This document shows positions 17,478 to 28,055 of a stretch of 64,000 nt of DNA, in pieces. This DNA is from a virus: the IMG/VR virus record IMGVR_UViG_3300045988_183361. The stretch is one strand, 5' to 3'. Below the pieces are notes generated by a model that was not told the origin of the DNA, ran no database searches, and was given only the letters and a program-made list of their open reading frames with translations. Each line of letters begins with the position of its first letter. Position 1 is the stretch's first letter. Position numbers and translations under genes: made by a program.

Positions 17478-19270
17478 GGCATACTTACTCTTTCTGGATT
17501 TAAGAATCGTTCAAAAATCAGATTATACTTAAATGGATCAATTCCGGTAATACCAAGTAAATATGTAACCAATGAACCGGCACCTGAACCTCTTCCAATG
17601 CCTATTCCAATTCCGGTATTATAATTGTGAGTCTTAACATACTCTTTTGCACCTTCAATTGTTAAAGGTACTTCTGATAGTTTATCCATAGGCACTAATC
17701 CACAAATTCTTCCATATTCCAGAAAGTCCTTTACAATTAAATGATAATCGGCAAAGCCCATCTGAATGATAATATTAAGTTCGTATTCCATTCGTTTCTG
17801 ATGTTCTTCATCCCATCCTTTTCCGTTAGGATATCTCCAATTAATTCCCTTAATTGCTTCAGATCTTAATAATTCGTTTGAGTCCTTGTTCTTATCAAAT
17901 ACTGGATAATGATTAGATTTTTCTGGAATATAAGCACATCTTTTTCCAATTACATTTAAGTTATTGAGTGCTTCTGCAACCTGATCATCTGTTAATATAG
18001 CTGATAAGGCCTGAGCAAGTTCGTAAGGTGTTTTTACATATAACTCTTTATCTGATTCCGACTCACTTATCTTAATAAATCTTAAAAATTTAGCTACATT
18101 ACGCATATCAATACTTCTATCAGAATTATCTGCCATATGTGCATCATTAGCAGCAACTAATGGGATATTATGCTTCCTTGCTAACTGAGCTAACACAGGA
18201 TATGTTCTGCTTTCCATTTCAAGCCCATGATTCTGAACTTCAATGTAATAATTACCTGCTCCAAAAATTTCCTGATAAAAAAGCATTGTCTTTTCTGCTT
18301 CAGACATTAATTCTATTGGGCTTTTCTTTAATGATTCATAATGCTGTATCTTATTTTCATGATTAATATATTCCTCTACTTTAAGACTTATATCCTTTAA
18401 CTCGGCTTTCTTAGCATTAACTAATTTTCTGACATTAGGAATTTTATCTTTAGCTTCCAGAATTTTATTATTTATCTCCTCATATTCGTTAATCAGTTTA
18501 ATAAGCTCTGGATCATCATCATTTAAACACTTTCTTGCATCTCTTAATTTTCTTGAAATCTGTGTTCTTTCTGATTTAAGTTCCTTGGAATCACGAATAT
18601 TAATCAATTCATCTAAATCTGCCGATACCCTTTCAAATTCATCTTTAGCTGAAAGATATTCTTTATCATCAGGACTTATACAATCACGTATAACTAGCTC
18701 GTCTTTTTCAGTAGTATGCTGCTGTGCTTTTCTTTCTCTGTTAATCATTTTATCCAAAACATCATCTGATAATAATTGCAGAGCTGGTGCACCCGAAACG
18801 CAAGCAGAAGTTGCTATTATATCACCGTTAAAGTTATATTTCTTTAAATCTGATATTGTAATAACAGGCTTTCCCATTCTTTTTTCAGAAGCCTTAGAAT
18901 TTAACTTATCAATAATATGCTTGCCTCTTTCTGAAGTGGCTAACATAATCATATGGCCAATCTGCTCATTTATCTTAAATGGTGGCACTTCAATATAAGC
19001 CTCTACGCCATAAATGATATTAAAAGGATGTTCCTCAGTACTTATTTTCTTAGCGTAATCAATACATGTTTGCATTGCTGAAAATGATGCATGGTCCGTA
19101 ACAGCAAATTTAGTATATCCTGCATTAAATGCAGCATCTAAATAACTTTTAGGTTCATCTACGGCATCAAACAAAGAGCCTCCTGGATGGTTATGTTCAC
19201 ACACTGTAACTCCTGACTCAATAACCTTTTTTGTTAATTCTCCAATTTTTACATGTTCAAACATTGACAT
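17429..19270 (-). CDS. dnaE: DnaE-type Pol III alpha, N-terminal PHP + palm segment (exon 1; coding part probably ends near 17478, remainder is intron read-through)
   Basis: PHP motifs [20 protein letters not shown]; palm [34 protein letters not shown]. Confidence 0.85.
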   Translation of the reverse strand: MSMFEHVKIGELTKKVIESGVTVCEHNHPGGSLFDAVDEPKSYLDAAFNAGYTKFAVTDHASFSAMQTCIDYAKKISTEEHPFNIIYGVEAYIEVPPFKINEQIGHMIMLATSERGKHIIDKLNSKASEKRMGKPVITISDLKKYNFNGDIIATSACVSGAPALQLLSDDVLDKMINRERKAQQHTTEKDELVIRDCISPDDKEYLSAKDEFERVSADLDELINIRDSKELKSERTQISRKLRDARKCLNDDDPELIKLINEYEEINNKILEAKDKIPNVRKLVNAKKAELKDISLKVEEYINHENKIQHYESLKKSPIELMSEAEKTMLFYQEIFGAGNYYIEVQNHGLEMESRTYPVLAQLARKHNIPLVAANDAHMADNSDRSIDMRNVAKFLRFIKISESESDKELYVKTPYELAQALSAILTDDQVAEALNNLNVIGKRCAYIPEKSNHYPVFDKNKDSNELLRSEAIKGINWRYPNGKGWDEEHQKRMEYELNIIIQMGFADYHLIVKDFLEYGRICGLVPMDKLSEVPLTIEGAKEYVKTHNYNTGIGIGIGRGSGAGSLVTYLLGITGIDPFKYNLIFERFLNPERVSMPKYIGRSAWTLTQRCA

Positions 19271-19304
19271 TAAATTTCCTCCTTTATAAATTTTATAATT
19301 AATA

Positions 19305-19318
19305 CATGACAGAAAAAA
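19305..19318 (-). promoter_or_regulatory. TTTTTTCTGTCATG box for the dnaE N-terminal gene
   Basis: 35 nt upstream of ATG 19270. Confidence 0.45.
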
Positions 19319-19381
19319 TACACCAGTTGACTAATCTCAACTGGTGTATAAATACACATTATTTAATTGTTAATTATTTTA

Positions 19382-20533
19382 TTATTCTACCTTAACAACG
19401 TCTCCTCTATCTGATGTTTCAGTAATAACAATATACTTGATTTCCATATTGTCGTTTGCAAGAGCAATTCTTGTTACATTATCTTCCTTACTTGTATCGA
19501 CAATCCAATCATATCCTTCAACTGCAGACATTATCTTTGAATCAGTAATGATTTTATCAACATACTCTCCAATCATAATTCTGTCTTCAAGTCTGATAAA
19601 ATCAGCACTATTCCAACCAATTGAAACAGATTTAATATGTGAAGGGATATTAATACTATTGAGCCTCATTAATGTACCACCATTAAGAGCAATCATTTCT
19701 GCTTTAATATGATCCATTTCGATTAATTCCTTAGTATTAGTAATTGTATCTAAATGATAATCACAATTATTGCATTCATCATAATCTCCACAATCATTTT
19801 CGCAGTCATAACCACAATCACAATCAGGATTATAATAATTATTATCACATACCTGCTCTGTATATTCAATGACCCATGTAGGTACATTCATTGAATTTCT
19901 TACAGTAATGACATTATTTATTGGTGCATCAAGCATTAAATAACTTGAAATATAATTCTTTGCACCATCATAAACGATAATTTCAGCATTATCAAAATAT
20001 TCAGCGAAAATATCTTTTCCATTAAAATCCTTCTTTGTTTCAAAGTGTGTATAGGAAGTCTTTAGTATCACATATTTGTCACATACACCTATAACTTCCG
20101 GCATTGGAATTGAAACTGGAATAAGTTTCTTAAACTTATCCTCATCCGGCTTATAAGCAAATAAATCAATATAATCATCATGTTCTGTTGTGTTTTCTCT
20201 AGGTAATACAGATAATAAAAGCTTACCTGGAACAGATGTAACGATACTCTTAATTACCAGTGAACCCTGCTGTGTAGCAGCAACACCATCCTTAAGTAAA
20301 ATTCCGTCTTCTACTGAATATCCATCTGGAATATCTGGAATATTAGGATTGCTGATAAGTCTAAAAGCAATTGCGTTAGATGATGATATCATAACAGATA
20401 TATCCTCGTTTACTTCACCATTTTCTAAAAGACAAGCCGTTCCTACGCCATCGGTAACAGATGTAATTAAATACTGTCTGTTGTCAACCTTGTTTAATAC
20501 TGTTACATTTTCTAAAATTTTGTTTTCTCTCAT
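19382..20533 (-). CDS. hypothetical protein, paralog of 20666..21715, with Cys/Asp-rich insert
   Basis: shared NVTVLNKVD, SLVI.SI...V.G.L.LSV.PRE and IT/SETxDRGD C-terminus; CDNNYYNPDCDCGYDCENDCGDYDECNNCDYH insert. Confidence 0.55.
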   Translation of the reverse strand: MRENKILENVTVLNKVDNRQYLITSVTDGVGTACLLENGEVNEDISVMISSSNAIAFRLISNPNIPDIPDGYSVEDGILLKDGVAATQQGSLVIKSIVTSVPGKLLLSVLPRENTTEHDDYIDLFAYKPDEDKFKKLIPVSIPMPEVIGVCDKYVILKTSYTHFETKKDFNGKDIFAEYFDNAEIIVYDGAKNYISSYLMLDAPINNVITVRNSMNVPTWVIEYTEQVCDNNYYNPDCDCGYDCENDCGDYDECNNCDYHLDTITNTKELIEMDHIKAEMIALNGGTLMRLNSINIPSHIKSVSIGWNSADFIRLEDRIMIGEYVDKIITDSKIMSAVEGYDWIVDTSKEDNVTRIALANDNMEIKYIVITETSDRGDVVKVE

Positions 20534-20665
20534 AATGAAAAATCTCCTTTTTTTATTTTATTCAAATAAAATATGACAGAAAAATTAAAACAAAATAGGA
20601 TTAAAGCATATACATGCCTTAACCCTACTTTTTAAATTAATTATAGAGAATTCCGTTAATATCAA

Positions 20666-21715
20666 TTACTCTATGGTTATAATGTCTCCTCTATCTCTTG
20701 TTTCAGAAATAACAAGAGTCTTTATCTCCATAGTATTTGTATTAGCAAGAGAAATTCTTGTAACATGATCCTTAGATGTAATATCCACAATTACATTATA
20801 ACCTGCAAGCTCAGCAACTATCTTATCTGGGATCTTATATGTGATATCATTAATATACCACTTGCCTGAAGAAGCTTTAATCAGGCTTGCATTATATCCC
20901 TTTGAAATTGATTCTGGAACACTGTCAATTGCTGTTGTCTTATAAAGACTTAATGAATGACCTTCAGAAGCAACAAATCTTAATGTAATATAATCATCTT
21001 CCTTGATAACTCCGTCAGAATCGACTACTGTATCTGCTTCAATTGCGAAAATTGTTTCATTAGGTGCCTTAACAGAATCTACAGCCTTAATTGGCTCCGC
21101 AAAAGAAACATGATCAACAACTGCATCAGACATTACATCATATAACATGATTGCTGCAGCATCAAAGATATTATCTGTTTCAATAGTTCCATCTTCAAGC
21201 TTCTTATCCTTAGTATAAGTTCTTGAATATGTCATATATAACTGCATCTTATTCTCAGAAGAAGCAATGATTGTAACTTCTGGAATAGATCTTCTGATAA
21301 GCTTATTAAACTTATCTGACTCAACTGTATATGACATAATATCGAAATAACCTTCTCTTGGTTCTCTTGGTTCGACAGATAAAATAAGTCTTCCTGCAAC
21401 ACCTGCAATAATACTATTAATTACAAGTGAACCCTGTTCTGTAGCAGGGACTCCATTCTTAAGCAAAATTCCGTTTTTTACAGTATATCCAGTTGGAACA
21501 TCTGGAATATTAGGATCATCAATCAGCTTGTAAGCTATTGCATTATTAGCTGTAATTACTGCAGTAACCGAATCATCAAGTGAACCATCCTCCTTGATTA
21601 ACTTGGCTGTTCCTTTAATGGAATCACCTGAACCATCAACATTAATTACCTGGTAATTCTTACGGTCTACCTTGTTTAATACTGTTACATTAGTCTTAAT
21701 CTTGTTTATTCTCAT
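20666..21715 (-). CDS. hypothetical protein, paralog of 19382..20533
   Basis: as above. Confidence 0.55.
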   Translation of the reverse strand: MRINKIKTNVTVLNKVDRKNYQVINVDGSGDSIKGTAKLIKEDGSLDDSVTAVITANNAIAYKLIDDPNIPDVPTGYTVKNGILLKNGVPATEQGSLVINSIIAGVAGRLILSVEPREPREGYFDIMSYTVESDKFNKLIRRSIPEVTIIASSENKMQLYMTYSRTYTKDKKLEDGTIETDNIFDAAAIMLYDVMSDAVVDHVSFAEPIKAVDSVKAPNETIFAIEADTVVDSDGVIKEDDYITLRFVASEGHSLSLYKTTAIDSVPESISKGYNASLIKASSGKWYINDITYKIPDKIVAELAGYNVIVDITSKDHVTRISLANTNTMEIKTLVISETRDRGDIITIE

Positions 21716-21908
21716 GATTAAGTCCTCCTTTTGTTTTTTATTTAATACAAATTACATATGACAGAAAAATAAAAATAAACAAAAAATTGGACTTGTTTTT
21801 TCGCAAATCCTATTTTTATAATATCAAACAATATTGGCAAACCCCGAAGCTTCAGGCTTCGTGGGATAAGCCGATTTTTTATACTTTAAACAAAATTATA
21901 TTTTAGCT

Positions 21909-21917
21909 CTGTCATAT
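21909..21917 (+). promoter_or_regulatory. only plus-orientation copy of CTGTCATAT, inside the TnpB element 48 nt before the tnpB ATG
   Basis: GCTCTGTCATATTAAT, then SD GAAAGG and ATG 21965. Confidence 0.35.
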
Positions 21918-21964
21918 TAATTATAGGTTAAATCCTAAATTTTTATGAAAGGCCGGGCTTTAAT

Positions 21965-23314
21965 ATGGACATAAAATCAAGCTATGCAGTTGAAGTTAAG
22001 AATATTAACAAATTGTTCAATCCAACAATTAAAATTTATAATCAGGCTGTAACTTTTTGCATCCAGGTGTTTGAAAATGAGTGGTCTGTATTAAAAGATA
22101 TTAATGACTCAAAAATACAATGTGGTGTTGCAAGGAACTTAATTCATTCTACAAAGTCAAATAAAGCTAAGTATTCAGAGTTTGATAAATTGTTCCACAA
22201 AATGCCCAGCTATTGTACTACAGCAGTCATCAATGCATCTCTCGGTGTACTTAATTCTTATCATTCAAACTTACAGAACTGGTATGATGAAGGCTGCAAA
22301 GGTAATCGTCCTACATTGCAGATTCATACCAATAAATATCCAGTCTTTTATAAAGACAACATGTATAAGTGGGCTGATACAAAAAATGCCATACTGCTCA
22401 AGCTTTTTATAAACAATGACTGGCAGTGGGTAAAGCTGCGCTTAAAACATACTGATGTGCAAAGTATTAAAAAGCACAGTATCAATGCAAAAATTTCTGT
22501 GCCTACATTAGAGAAAAAGCATAAGAAATGGTTTCTGCGATTTGCGTTTGAAAGCAAAGCAATTTTAAATAAGACACCATTATCTAAGCAGAGAATCCTA
22601 GCCGTTGATCTGGGTATTAACACAGATGCTATCTGTTCAGTTATGGATTATTATGGAACTGTCCTTGCAAGATGTTTTATCAATCATGCAAGTGAAAAAG
22701 ACTATATTAAACATAATCTAAACAGGATAAAAAAGTATCAGGCTGCAGGGCAAAAAGATGTGGTCCGGAAGTTATGGAGTTTAGTTAAGAATTACAATAA
22801 TGAGCTTGCGTCAAAAACTGCTAATGCCATAGTGGATTATGCCAGACAATTAAATGTCGATGTTATAGTATTTGAACATCTGGATATGAAAGGCAGGAAG
22901 AGAGGATCCAAGCGCCAGTTATTACACATGTGGAATAAGAATACTATACAGAGAATTGTCACTCATAAGGCTCATTTATCAGGTATCCGCATCAGTCATA
23001 TATGTGCAAGGAACACAAGTAAGTTAGCATATGACGGTTCAGGATATGTACTAAGAGGAAAAGACGCAGGATTGCTTACATATGAACTTTGCAGATTCCA
23101 GACTGGCAAAATATATAACTGTGATTTATCTGCATCTTATAATATAGGAGCCAGATATTTTATTCGTGAAATCGAGAAATTATATACAGGGAAATCCATA
23201 TGTAAAAAAATAAACATATGGTCTGATATCCAGGCGAAAGTACCTGAATGTCAAAGAAGAACACAAAATACCCTTTCAACACTAAGAGCTATACATCAAT
23301 GTTTAGCAGTTTAG
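21965..23314 (+). CDS. tnpB: TnpB (OMEGA RuvC-like RNA-guided nuclease)
   Basis: RILAVDLGINTDA (RuvC-I), VIVFEHLDMKG (RuvC-II E), Cys zinc-finger, NCDLSASYNIGARYF (RuvC-III). Confidence 0.85.
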   Translation: MDIKSSYAVEVKNINKLFNPTIKIYNQAVTFCIQVFENEWSVLKDINDSKIQCGVARNLIHSTKSNKAKYSEFDKLFHKMPSYCTTAVINASLGVLNSYHSNLQNWYDEGCKGNRPTLQIHTNKYPVFYKDNMYKWADTKNAILLKLFINNDWQWVKLRLKHTDVQSIKKHSINAKISVPTLEKKHKKWFLRFAFESKAILNKTPLSKQRILAVDLGINTDAICSVMDYYGTVLARCFINHASEKDYIKHNLNRIKKYQAAGQKDVVRKLWSLVKNYNNELASKTANAIVDYARQLNVDVIVFEHLDMKGRKRGSKRQLLHMWNKNTIQRIVTHKAHLSGIRISHICARNTSKLAYDGSGYVLRGKDAGLLTYELCRFQTGKIYNCDLSASYNIGARYFIREIEKLYTGKSICKKINIWSDIQAKVPECQRRTQNTLSTLRAIHQCLAV

Positions 23315-23503
23315 TGTAAAAAGGGTATGGATTCAGTCGCCTTCAATATAAAAATTGATTGTATTTAGTTTTAATGTGGTATGTCAGAGCGTAAGTTCTG
23401 ATGCGCTAAGTTAAAACTGTATAAGATGGTGGATAAAATTATGCTGAGTACAAGGCATAAGTGAATCTCCGAATCTAAAGATTCGGAGTGTGTTCAATAA
23501 TTG
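23315..23503 (+). ncRNA. putative TnpB reRNA/omega-RNA and right-end region
   Basis: structured GC-richer region overlapping and following the tnpB 3' end, with RE hairpin. Confidence 0.4.
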
Positions 23504-24121
23504 TTAAAATTTATTTAAATTAATTGATTGCTGATATTTACTTCTTTTATCATTTATTTTATATGATTTTTGCTTTTCTGTATCATACTTTTTTGCCAAA
23601 GAATCTACATATTCATCAAAATCAGTTCTTAAATTCTGAGAATTATTATTAGCATAATCAGCTTTTTCTAATTCTTCATTTACAAGATCTGATAGTGATG
23701 TCTTAAGAACATGCTCCATTTTTTCCTTTTCAGTTTTTCTTTTTTCATTATTCTTACGAATTATATTACCGATAACTATTATCGCAATAACAATAACTAT
23801 AAAAATACCTATACAAATTAATATACCCTTAATCGGAATATTAGTTAAAACATCTGATACGCTATTTCCAATATTTTCTGTAGCTTCTGTAGTACTTTCC
23901 GAATCTGTTTGTGAAGTATTATATTCGGTTCTTAAAATTGAAATTAAAATAGAAAATATAAATCTTGAAAAAATCAAGATTGTCCCCACTATACAATTAC
24001 CAACTCCATTAGATACTCCTGACTCATCATCATTTAAAACCGATTTAAGTATATTAGAAAAACCTGTAGCAACAATGATAACCCCTAAGCAGCCTAAACA
24101 TGTGCTTATTACATTTAACAT
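23504..24121 (-). CDS. membrane protein (2-3 TM) with charged C-terminal tail
   Basis: ORF track; hydrophobic segments. Confidence 0.5.
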   Translation of the reverse strand: MLNVISTCLGCLGVIIVATGFSNILKSVLNDDESGVSNGVGNCIVGTILIFSRFIFSILISILRTEYNTSQTDSESTTEATENIGNSVSDVLTNIPIKGILICIGIFIVIVIAIIVIGNIIRKNNEKRKTEKEKMEHVLKTSLSDLVNEELEKADYANNNSQNLRTDFDEYVDSLAKKYDTEKQKSYKINDKRSKYQQSINLNKF

Positions 24122-24381
24122 AAAAACTCCTTACACTTAAATATACTCTAAAACTATAATTTAAAAATTAACTTAGAGTTTTAAAATAGCATTTTTAATA
24201 CTTCAATATCATCATATACAAATAAACATCGACTGAAATCCCATCTTCAGATATTTCACTGGCAACGGCATGTATTCCATCGATGAGCGTCTTATTTACT
24301 TCATTTTATTACTCAAAATACCAGCTATAATATGCCTTTATTATCAATCAACACTATCCCAAACACATTACACATCAATTA

Positions 24382-24549
24382 TTATTCATTTGCATAGTTC
24401 TCTACTGCAACTTCTGTCTGCTGTGTTTCAACATTCGTATTCTTAGCTGTATTTATAACACTATAGCCTACCACAAACATTATTGTACTAATCCAAATAA
24501 CAGCTATAATAACAATATAAATGCCATAATCATGCAAAAAATCTAACAT
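24382..24549 (-). CDS. small membrane protein (about 55 aa)
   Basis: own translation MLDFLHDYGIYIVIIAVIWISTIMFVVGYSV...; SD AAGAGGGA. Confidence 0.35.
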   Translation of the reverse strand: MLDFLHDYGIYIVIIAVIWISTIMFVVGYSVINTAKNTNVETQQTEVAVENYANE

Positions 24550-24696
24550 AAACTGTCCCTCTTATTTTATTTCTTTTTCTCTAATCTTTATTATTAAAAT
24601 CCTGCCTTTTACAGGTAAGCAATATGCTTAGGTTGAGTTTCACTATTTACTTTTATTGAAAAACAATAAAGGAAAATGTTAAAGCTGAATAATAAA

Positions 24697-24810
24697 TTAT
24701 TCTGCCTTATTATTTTTCTTCTTGTTTTCTTCCTTTTCCTTTAAAAGACTATTCTCCATCTTTACAAAAATTGATTTCTTCTTGCCAAAAGGCTTTGCTG
24801 TAATTCCCAT
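24697..24810 (-). CDS. small basic protein (about 37 aa)
   Basis: own translation MGITAKPFGKKKSIFVKMENSLLKEKEENKKKNNKAE; SD AAGAAAGGA; TGTCATAT box at 24858. Confidence 0.3.
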   Translation of the reverse strand: MGITAKPFGKKKSIFVKMENSLLKEKEENKKKNNKAE

Positions 24811-24931
24811 TTGTTAAATCCTTTCTTAATTAAAATATTTTTTAAAGACATTTAATATATGACAGATTTAATTACTCATTTTTTTACATAAAAAAAAGAG
24901 GTGTTTTTTGCCACCTCTTTTTTAAAATAAT

Positions 24932-25495
24932 TTAAAAATATTTCGAATAAAATAAATCAACCTGATGATACAAATATTGCAAATCCTTATCATTAGTTAT
25001 TAAGAAATCATATTCCTTTGAATTTTTATATGCATCAAATTCCTCTCTTTCACTCTCCAAGCGTATTCGCAAAGTATCAGGATTATCTCCTCTTAGAAGT
25101 CCTCTTTTAATTATTTTATCCTCAGCCAAATCAACATATACGCAAATTAAATTAAACAAATTATGCTTATTATGCTCTTTTAACCATTTAACGCCATCTG
25201 GATTTATAATGTATACACATGTATTTGATGGCAAAGCTTCTAATGCAGCACAATATTCTATTCCAGTTTTATCATTTTTTGTATAAGCAATGATTGTTTT
25301 TTCTTTTAAAATATTGCTCATTTCTTCCTTTGAAATAAATATATGTTCTACACCATTTGTCTCATATTCTCTTTTTGGTCTGGTTGTCATTGAAACAACT
25401 GAAGGAATTCCATATTTTTCATTTAATACTTTTGCGACTGTATCTTTGCCACTTGATGTCTTTCCTATAACTGCAATTATTGTCTTTTTATCCAT
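24932..25495 (-). CDS. guanylate kinase-like nucleoside monophosphate kinase
   Basis: P-loop AVIGKTSSGKDT; TTRPKREYETNGVEHIFIS resembles the guanylate kinase signature. Confidence 0.7.
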   Translation of the reverse strand: MDKKTIIAVIGKTSSGKDTVAKVLNEKYGIPSVVSMTTRPKREYETNGVEHIFISKEEMSNILKEKTIIAYTKNDKTGIEYCAALEALPSNTCVYIINPDGVKWLKEHNKHNLFNLICVYVDLAEDKIIKRGLLRGDNPDTLRIRLESEREEFDAYKNSKEYDFLITNDKDLQYLYHQVDLFYSKYF

Positions 25496-25510
25496 ATTAA
25501 AAATCTCCTA

Positions 25511-25566
25511 ATGAACTACTCACAACCGACTATTGTCGGATGGAATTTTCTTACAATTCTTCGATA
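25511..25566 (+). repeat. dispersed hairpin repeat, copy 3
   Basis: near-identical to copy 1; abuts the SD of the guanylate kinase gene. Confidence 0.8.
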
Positions 25567-25568
25567 AC

Positions 25569-25717
25569 TAATGCCATAAGCAATTATATAATTCATCAAT
25601 GCGATTCTGGCATCTGTCAGCTTCTAATTCATTACCGGATTCCGAATACTGGTCCCTTTTAATTTCCCAATTTTGAATTTCTTTTTTTATTCTTGTATAT
25701 TTACCATTTTCTTTCAT
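25569..25717 (-). CDS. small hypothetical protein (about 49 aa)
   Basis: own translation MKENGKYTRIKKEIQNWEIKRDQ...; SD AAAGGAGTTAATAT; box at 25753. Confidence 0.4.
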
Positions 25718-25814
25718 ATATTAACTCCTTTTATCTTAAAATTTATTAAATATATGACAGAAAAAAAGTCCCATTTAATTAAATGGGACTAAAAATTATT
25801 TTTATGAATTAATG

Positions 25815-26069
25815 CTATTTATCATCCATATTTTCATTAATATTATCAATATTAATGACATCATTTTTATCAGCTATTATTATATAAGATGATATTATTT
25901 TTGCAATAAATAAAGCATTAACTACAATTAAAATAACTCCTGGGATTATGTTATCAAAGTGCTTAATAACATCAAAAGCAATATCAGGAATGAACATAAA
26001 AGCTTCAATTATACAAGAAAATATTACACTATCTATTCCTTTTCTTATGCCTACTATATATTTATCCAT
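25815..26069 (-). CDS. small membrane protein (holin-like size)
   Basis: start taken at ATG 26067-26069 with SD AAAAAAGGAGAACATC; two hydrophobic helices. Confidence 0.5.
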   Translation of the reverse strand: MDKYIVGIRKGIDSVIFSCIIEAFMFIPDIAFDVIKHFDNIIPGVILIVVNALFIAKIISSYIIIADKNDVINIDNINENMDDK

Positions 26070-26095
26070 GATGTTCTCCTTTTTTTCTTTCCATA

Positions 26096-26992
26096 CTAAA
26101 TTACTGCACATTGCAAATTTAACCGGTTTATTATACTTACTACATGCTCCTTACATTTTTCAATTAAAATACATTTCCTTTTTTTATTAAGACATGCTTC
26201 TCCTGTAACGCCACTACCCGCAAATTGATCTAAAACTAATTCACCAGGTAAAGTAAAATATTCTAACAACTGTTCAAATAAAGCAACTGGTTTTTCTGTC
26301 TGAACATTCTTTAATTTATTAGGAATGGCCTGCACATTAAATTCAGTAGGCAGCATTCCATTAGCTCCACTCATAAATCTGGTAGGTACTCCATTTATAA
26401 CGCCTCTTTGCTTATCTGGTCTTAATGCTCTTGGCTTACCTTTACTAAAAATCATTATGTCTTCTGTATTTTTAGCTTTTCTGCCTGTATTACTTACAAA
26501 TGTACCTTTTTTCCATGCAACTTTTGCATAATACTTAAATCCTGCCTGTTCTGCCATCTTCTTAATCTCATACAAATAATCAAAATTATTTTCATTTTCT
26601 GCAGGTAAAATTTCTACTAAGAAACTACCTTCCTTTAATACCCTAGCTTTTTCCATAAAATCTGATAAGGTATACTTAAAACAATCATACTGGGCTAAAT
26701 GTCTTGTACCACCATTATTAGATTTCTTATCATCCCATGGATGATCAGTAATTATGCAATCCATAGATTCACTTTCAAAAACAGATAAATCTCTTCCATC
26801 GCCTTCAATAAGAACTACATCATCTGTTACATATAGTCCTTTTGATAGTTTCTTAAATTCTTTACCTAAATTTTCATAAATTCTTGCTCTGACTGACTCT
26901 TTTGGATATGAGGGATTAACAGCATATGCTTCTTTTAGTGTAAACTGCTTTCCTGGTTTAAAAGCCGCTAACAGATTTGATAAAACACTCAT
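26096..26992 (-). CDS. orphan DNA methyltransferase, beta-class (N6-A or N4-C)
   Basis: catalytic motif IITDHPW precedes SAM-binding motif LDQFAGSGVTG (beta-class order); no adjacent restriction endonuclease. Confidence 0.75.
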   Translation of the reverse strand: MSVLSNLLAAFKPGKQFTLKEAYAVNPSYPKESVRARIYENLGKEFKKLSKGLYVTDDVVLIEGDGRDLSVFESESMDCIITDHPWDDKKSNNGGTRHLAQYDCFKYTLSDFMEKARVLKEGSFLVEILPAENENNFDYLYEIKKMAEQAGFKYYAKVAWKKGTFVSNTGRKAKNTEDIMIFSKGKPRALRPDKQRGVINGVPTRFMSGANGMLPTEFNVQAIPNKLKNVQTEKPVALFEQLLEYFTLPGELVLDQFAGSGVTGEACLNKKRKCILIEKCKEHVVSIINRLNLQCAVI

Positions 26993-27005
26993 AATATATT
27001 CTCCT

Positions 27006-27890
27006 TTATTTTGTTTGATAAAGAAGATATGACAGAAAATTATTTACATTAGAATGTGAACTGTTATTTCTTATTACTAAAATATTTCTGATAACAATTA
27101 TGAAAAATATAATACTCATTACGATTAGACAAATATTTTGTAACATAACAGGCATAAAAGAGTACAATACACTACTTGCATTAACTCCAATATGAATTAA
27201 AATAGAGGACAATAAATTATCTGTTTTTATATATACATAGGCTAATATAATACCGAAAATAAATGCATAAGTGCTTTGAATAATATTAAAATGTACTAAT
27301 CCAAAAACGAAAGCTGATATATAAATTGAGCTTACATCTGGTTTCTTAAAGAATTTGTTTTGCTTTATTATTTTTGTAATACCGTATCTAAATATTAATT
27401 CTTCAACAACTGGCGTAATAACACCTGTTATTAAGAGTACTTGAAGCCAATTTCCGGTTACAGCAACATTCATCAAAGAATTATATGAATTAGAAACCAA
27501 ATTATTAGGTAAGGAATCTATTACCACAGAAGCTAAAAAATTCATAATAATGCCTGTTAAAATAAATGTCTTGACATCTTTTAATGATAATTTTGAAATA
27601 AATATGATTGATTTATTAACTTTATATTCTTTAAGCATAACAAACCCAAGTATTATAATATCGGAAACAAATAATGCAGGCATAATTAATTCACTGAGCA
27701 TACTAAGATAACTATATGAAAGTAAATTACCTGTTTCTATACATACATATAAATTATCATACCATTGTGAATCAGAAAACAATTTAAAAATAAATACGCC
27801 CAATGTACATACAATTTGAGTAATAAGAAAGGCAAATACTATTCCAATAATCTTTGTAATTTGTTTAATCATTATTTTGTTGACCTCCAA
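27006..27890 (-). CDS. CPBP-family (CAAX/Abi) intramembrane metalloprotease, second copy
   Basis: VVEELIFRYGITK and FVFGLVHFN motifs; multi-TM. Confidence 0.7.
   Translation of the reverse strand: MEVNKIMIKQITKIIGIVFAFLITQIVCTLGVFIFKLFSDSQWYDNLYVCIETGNLLSYSYLSMLSELIMPALFVSDIIILGFVMLKEYKVNKSIIFISKLSLKDVKTFILTGIIMNFLASVVIDSLPNNLVSNSYNSLMNVAVTGNWLQVLLITGVITPVVEELIFRYGITKIIKQNKFFKKPDVSSIYISAFVFGLVHFNIIQSTYAFIFGIILAYVYIKTDNLLSSILIHIGVNASSVLYSFMPVMLQNICLIVMSIIFFIIVIRNILVIRNNSSHSNVNNFLSYLLYQTK
27028..27041 (-). promoter_or_regulatory. TTTTCTGTCATAT box with extended leader shared with the box at 31011
   Basis: TTTGATAAAGAAGATATGACAGAAAA versus TTTGATAAAGAAAATATGACAGAAAA; upstream of the MTase gene. 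Confidence 0.5.
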
Positions 27891-28055
27891 ATTGCTTTGT
27901 TTTTATTTTGATATGATTTTTTAATTTTTATTAAGTCCATTATTATAATTCTTTCCTAAAAAAGTTTATATGTATTAATATGACAGAGTGAAACAAAAAA
28001 AATAGCAGGAATTAACCTGCTATTTTTTATTATATTCAATTGTATTAAATATTGA

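Larger units (their letters stand above)
21800..23503 (+). mobile_element. IS200/IS605-family TnpB-only element
   Basis: tnpB ORF flanked by LE hairpin CCCCGAAGCTTCAGGCTTCGTGGG (about 21838-21861) and RE hairpin CTCCGAATCTAAAGATTCGGAG (about 23463-23484). Confidence 0.65.
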
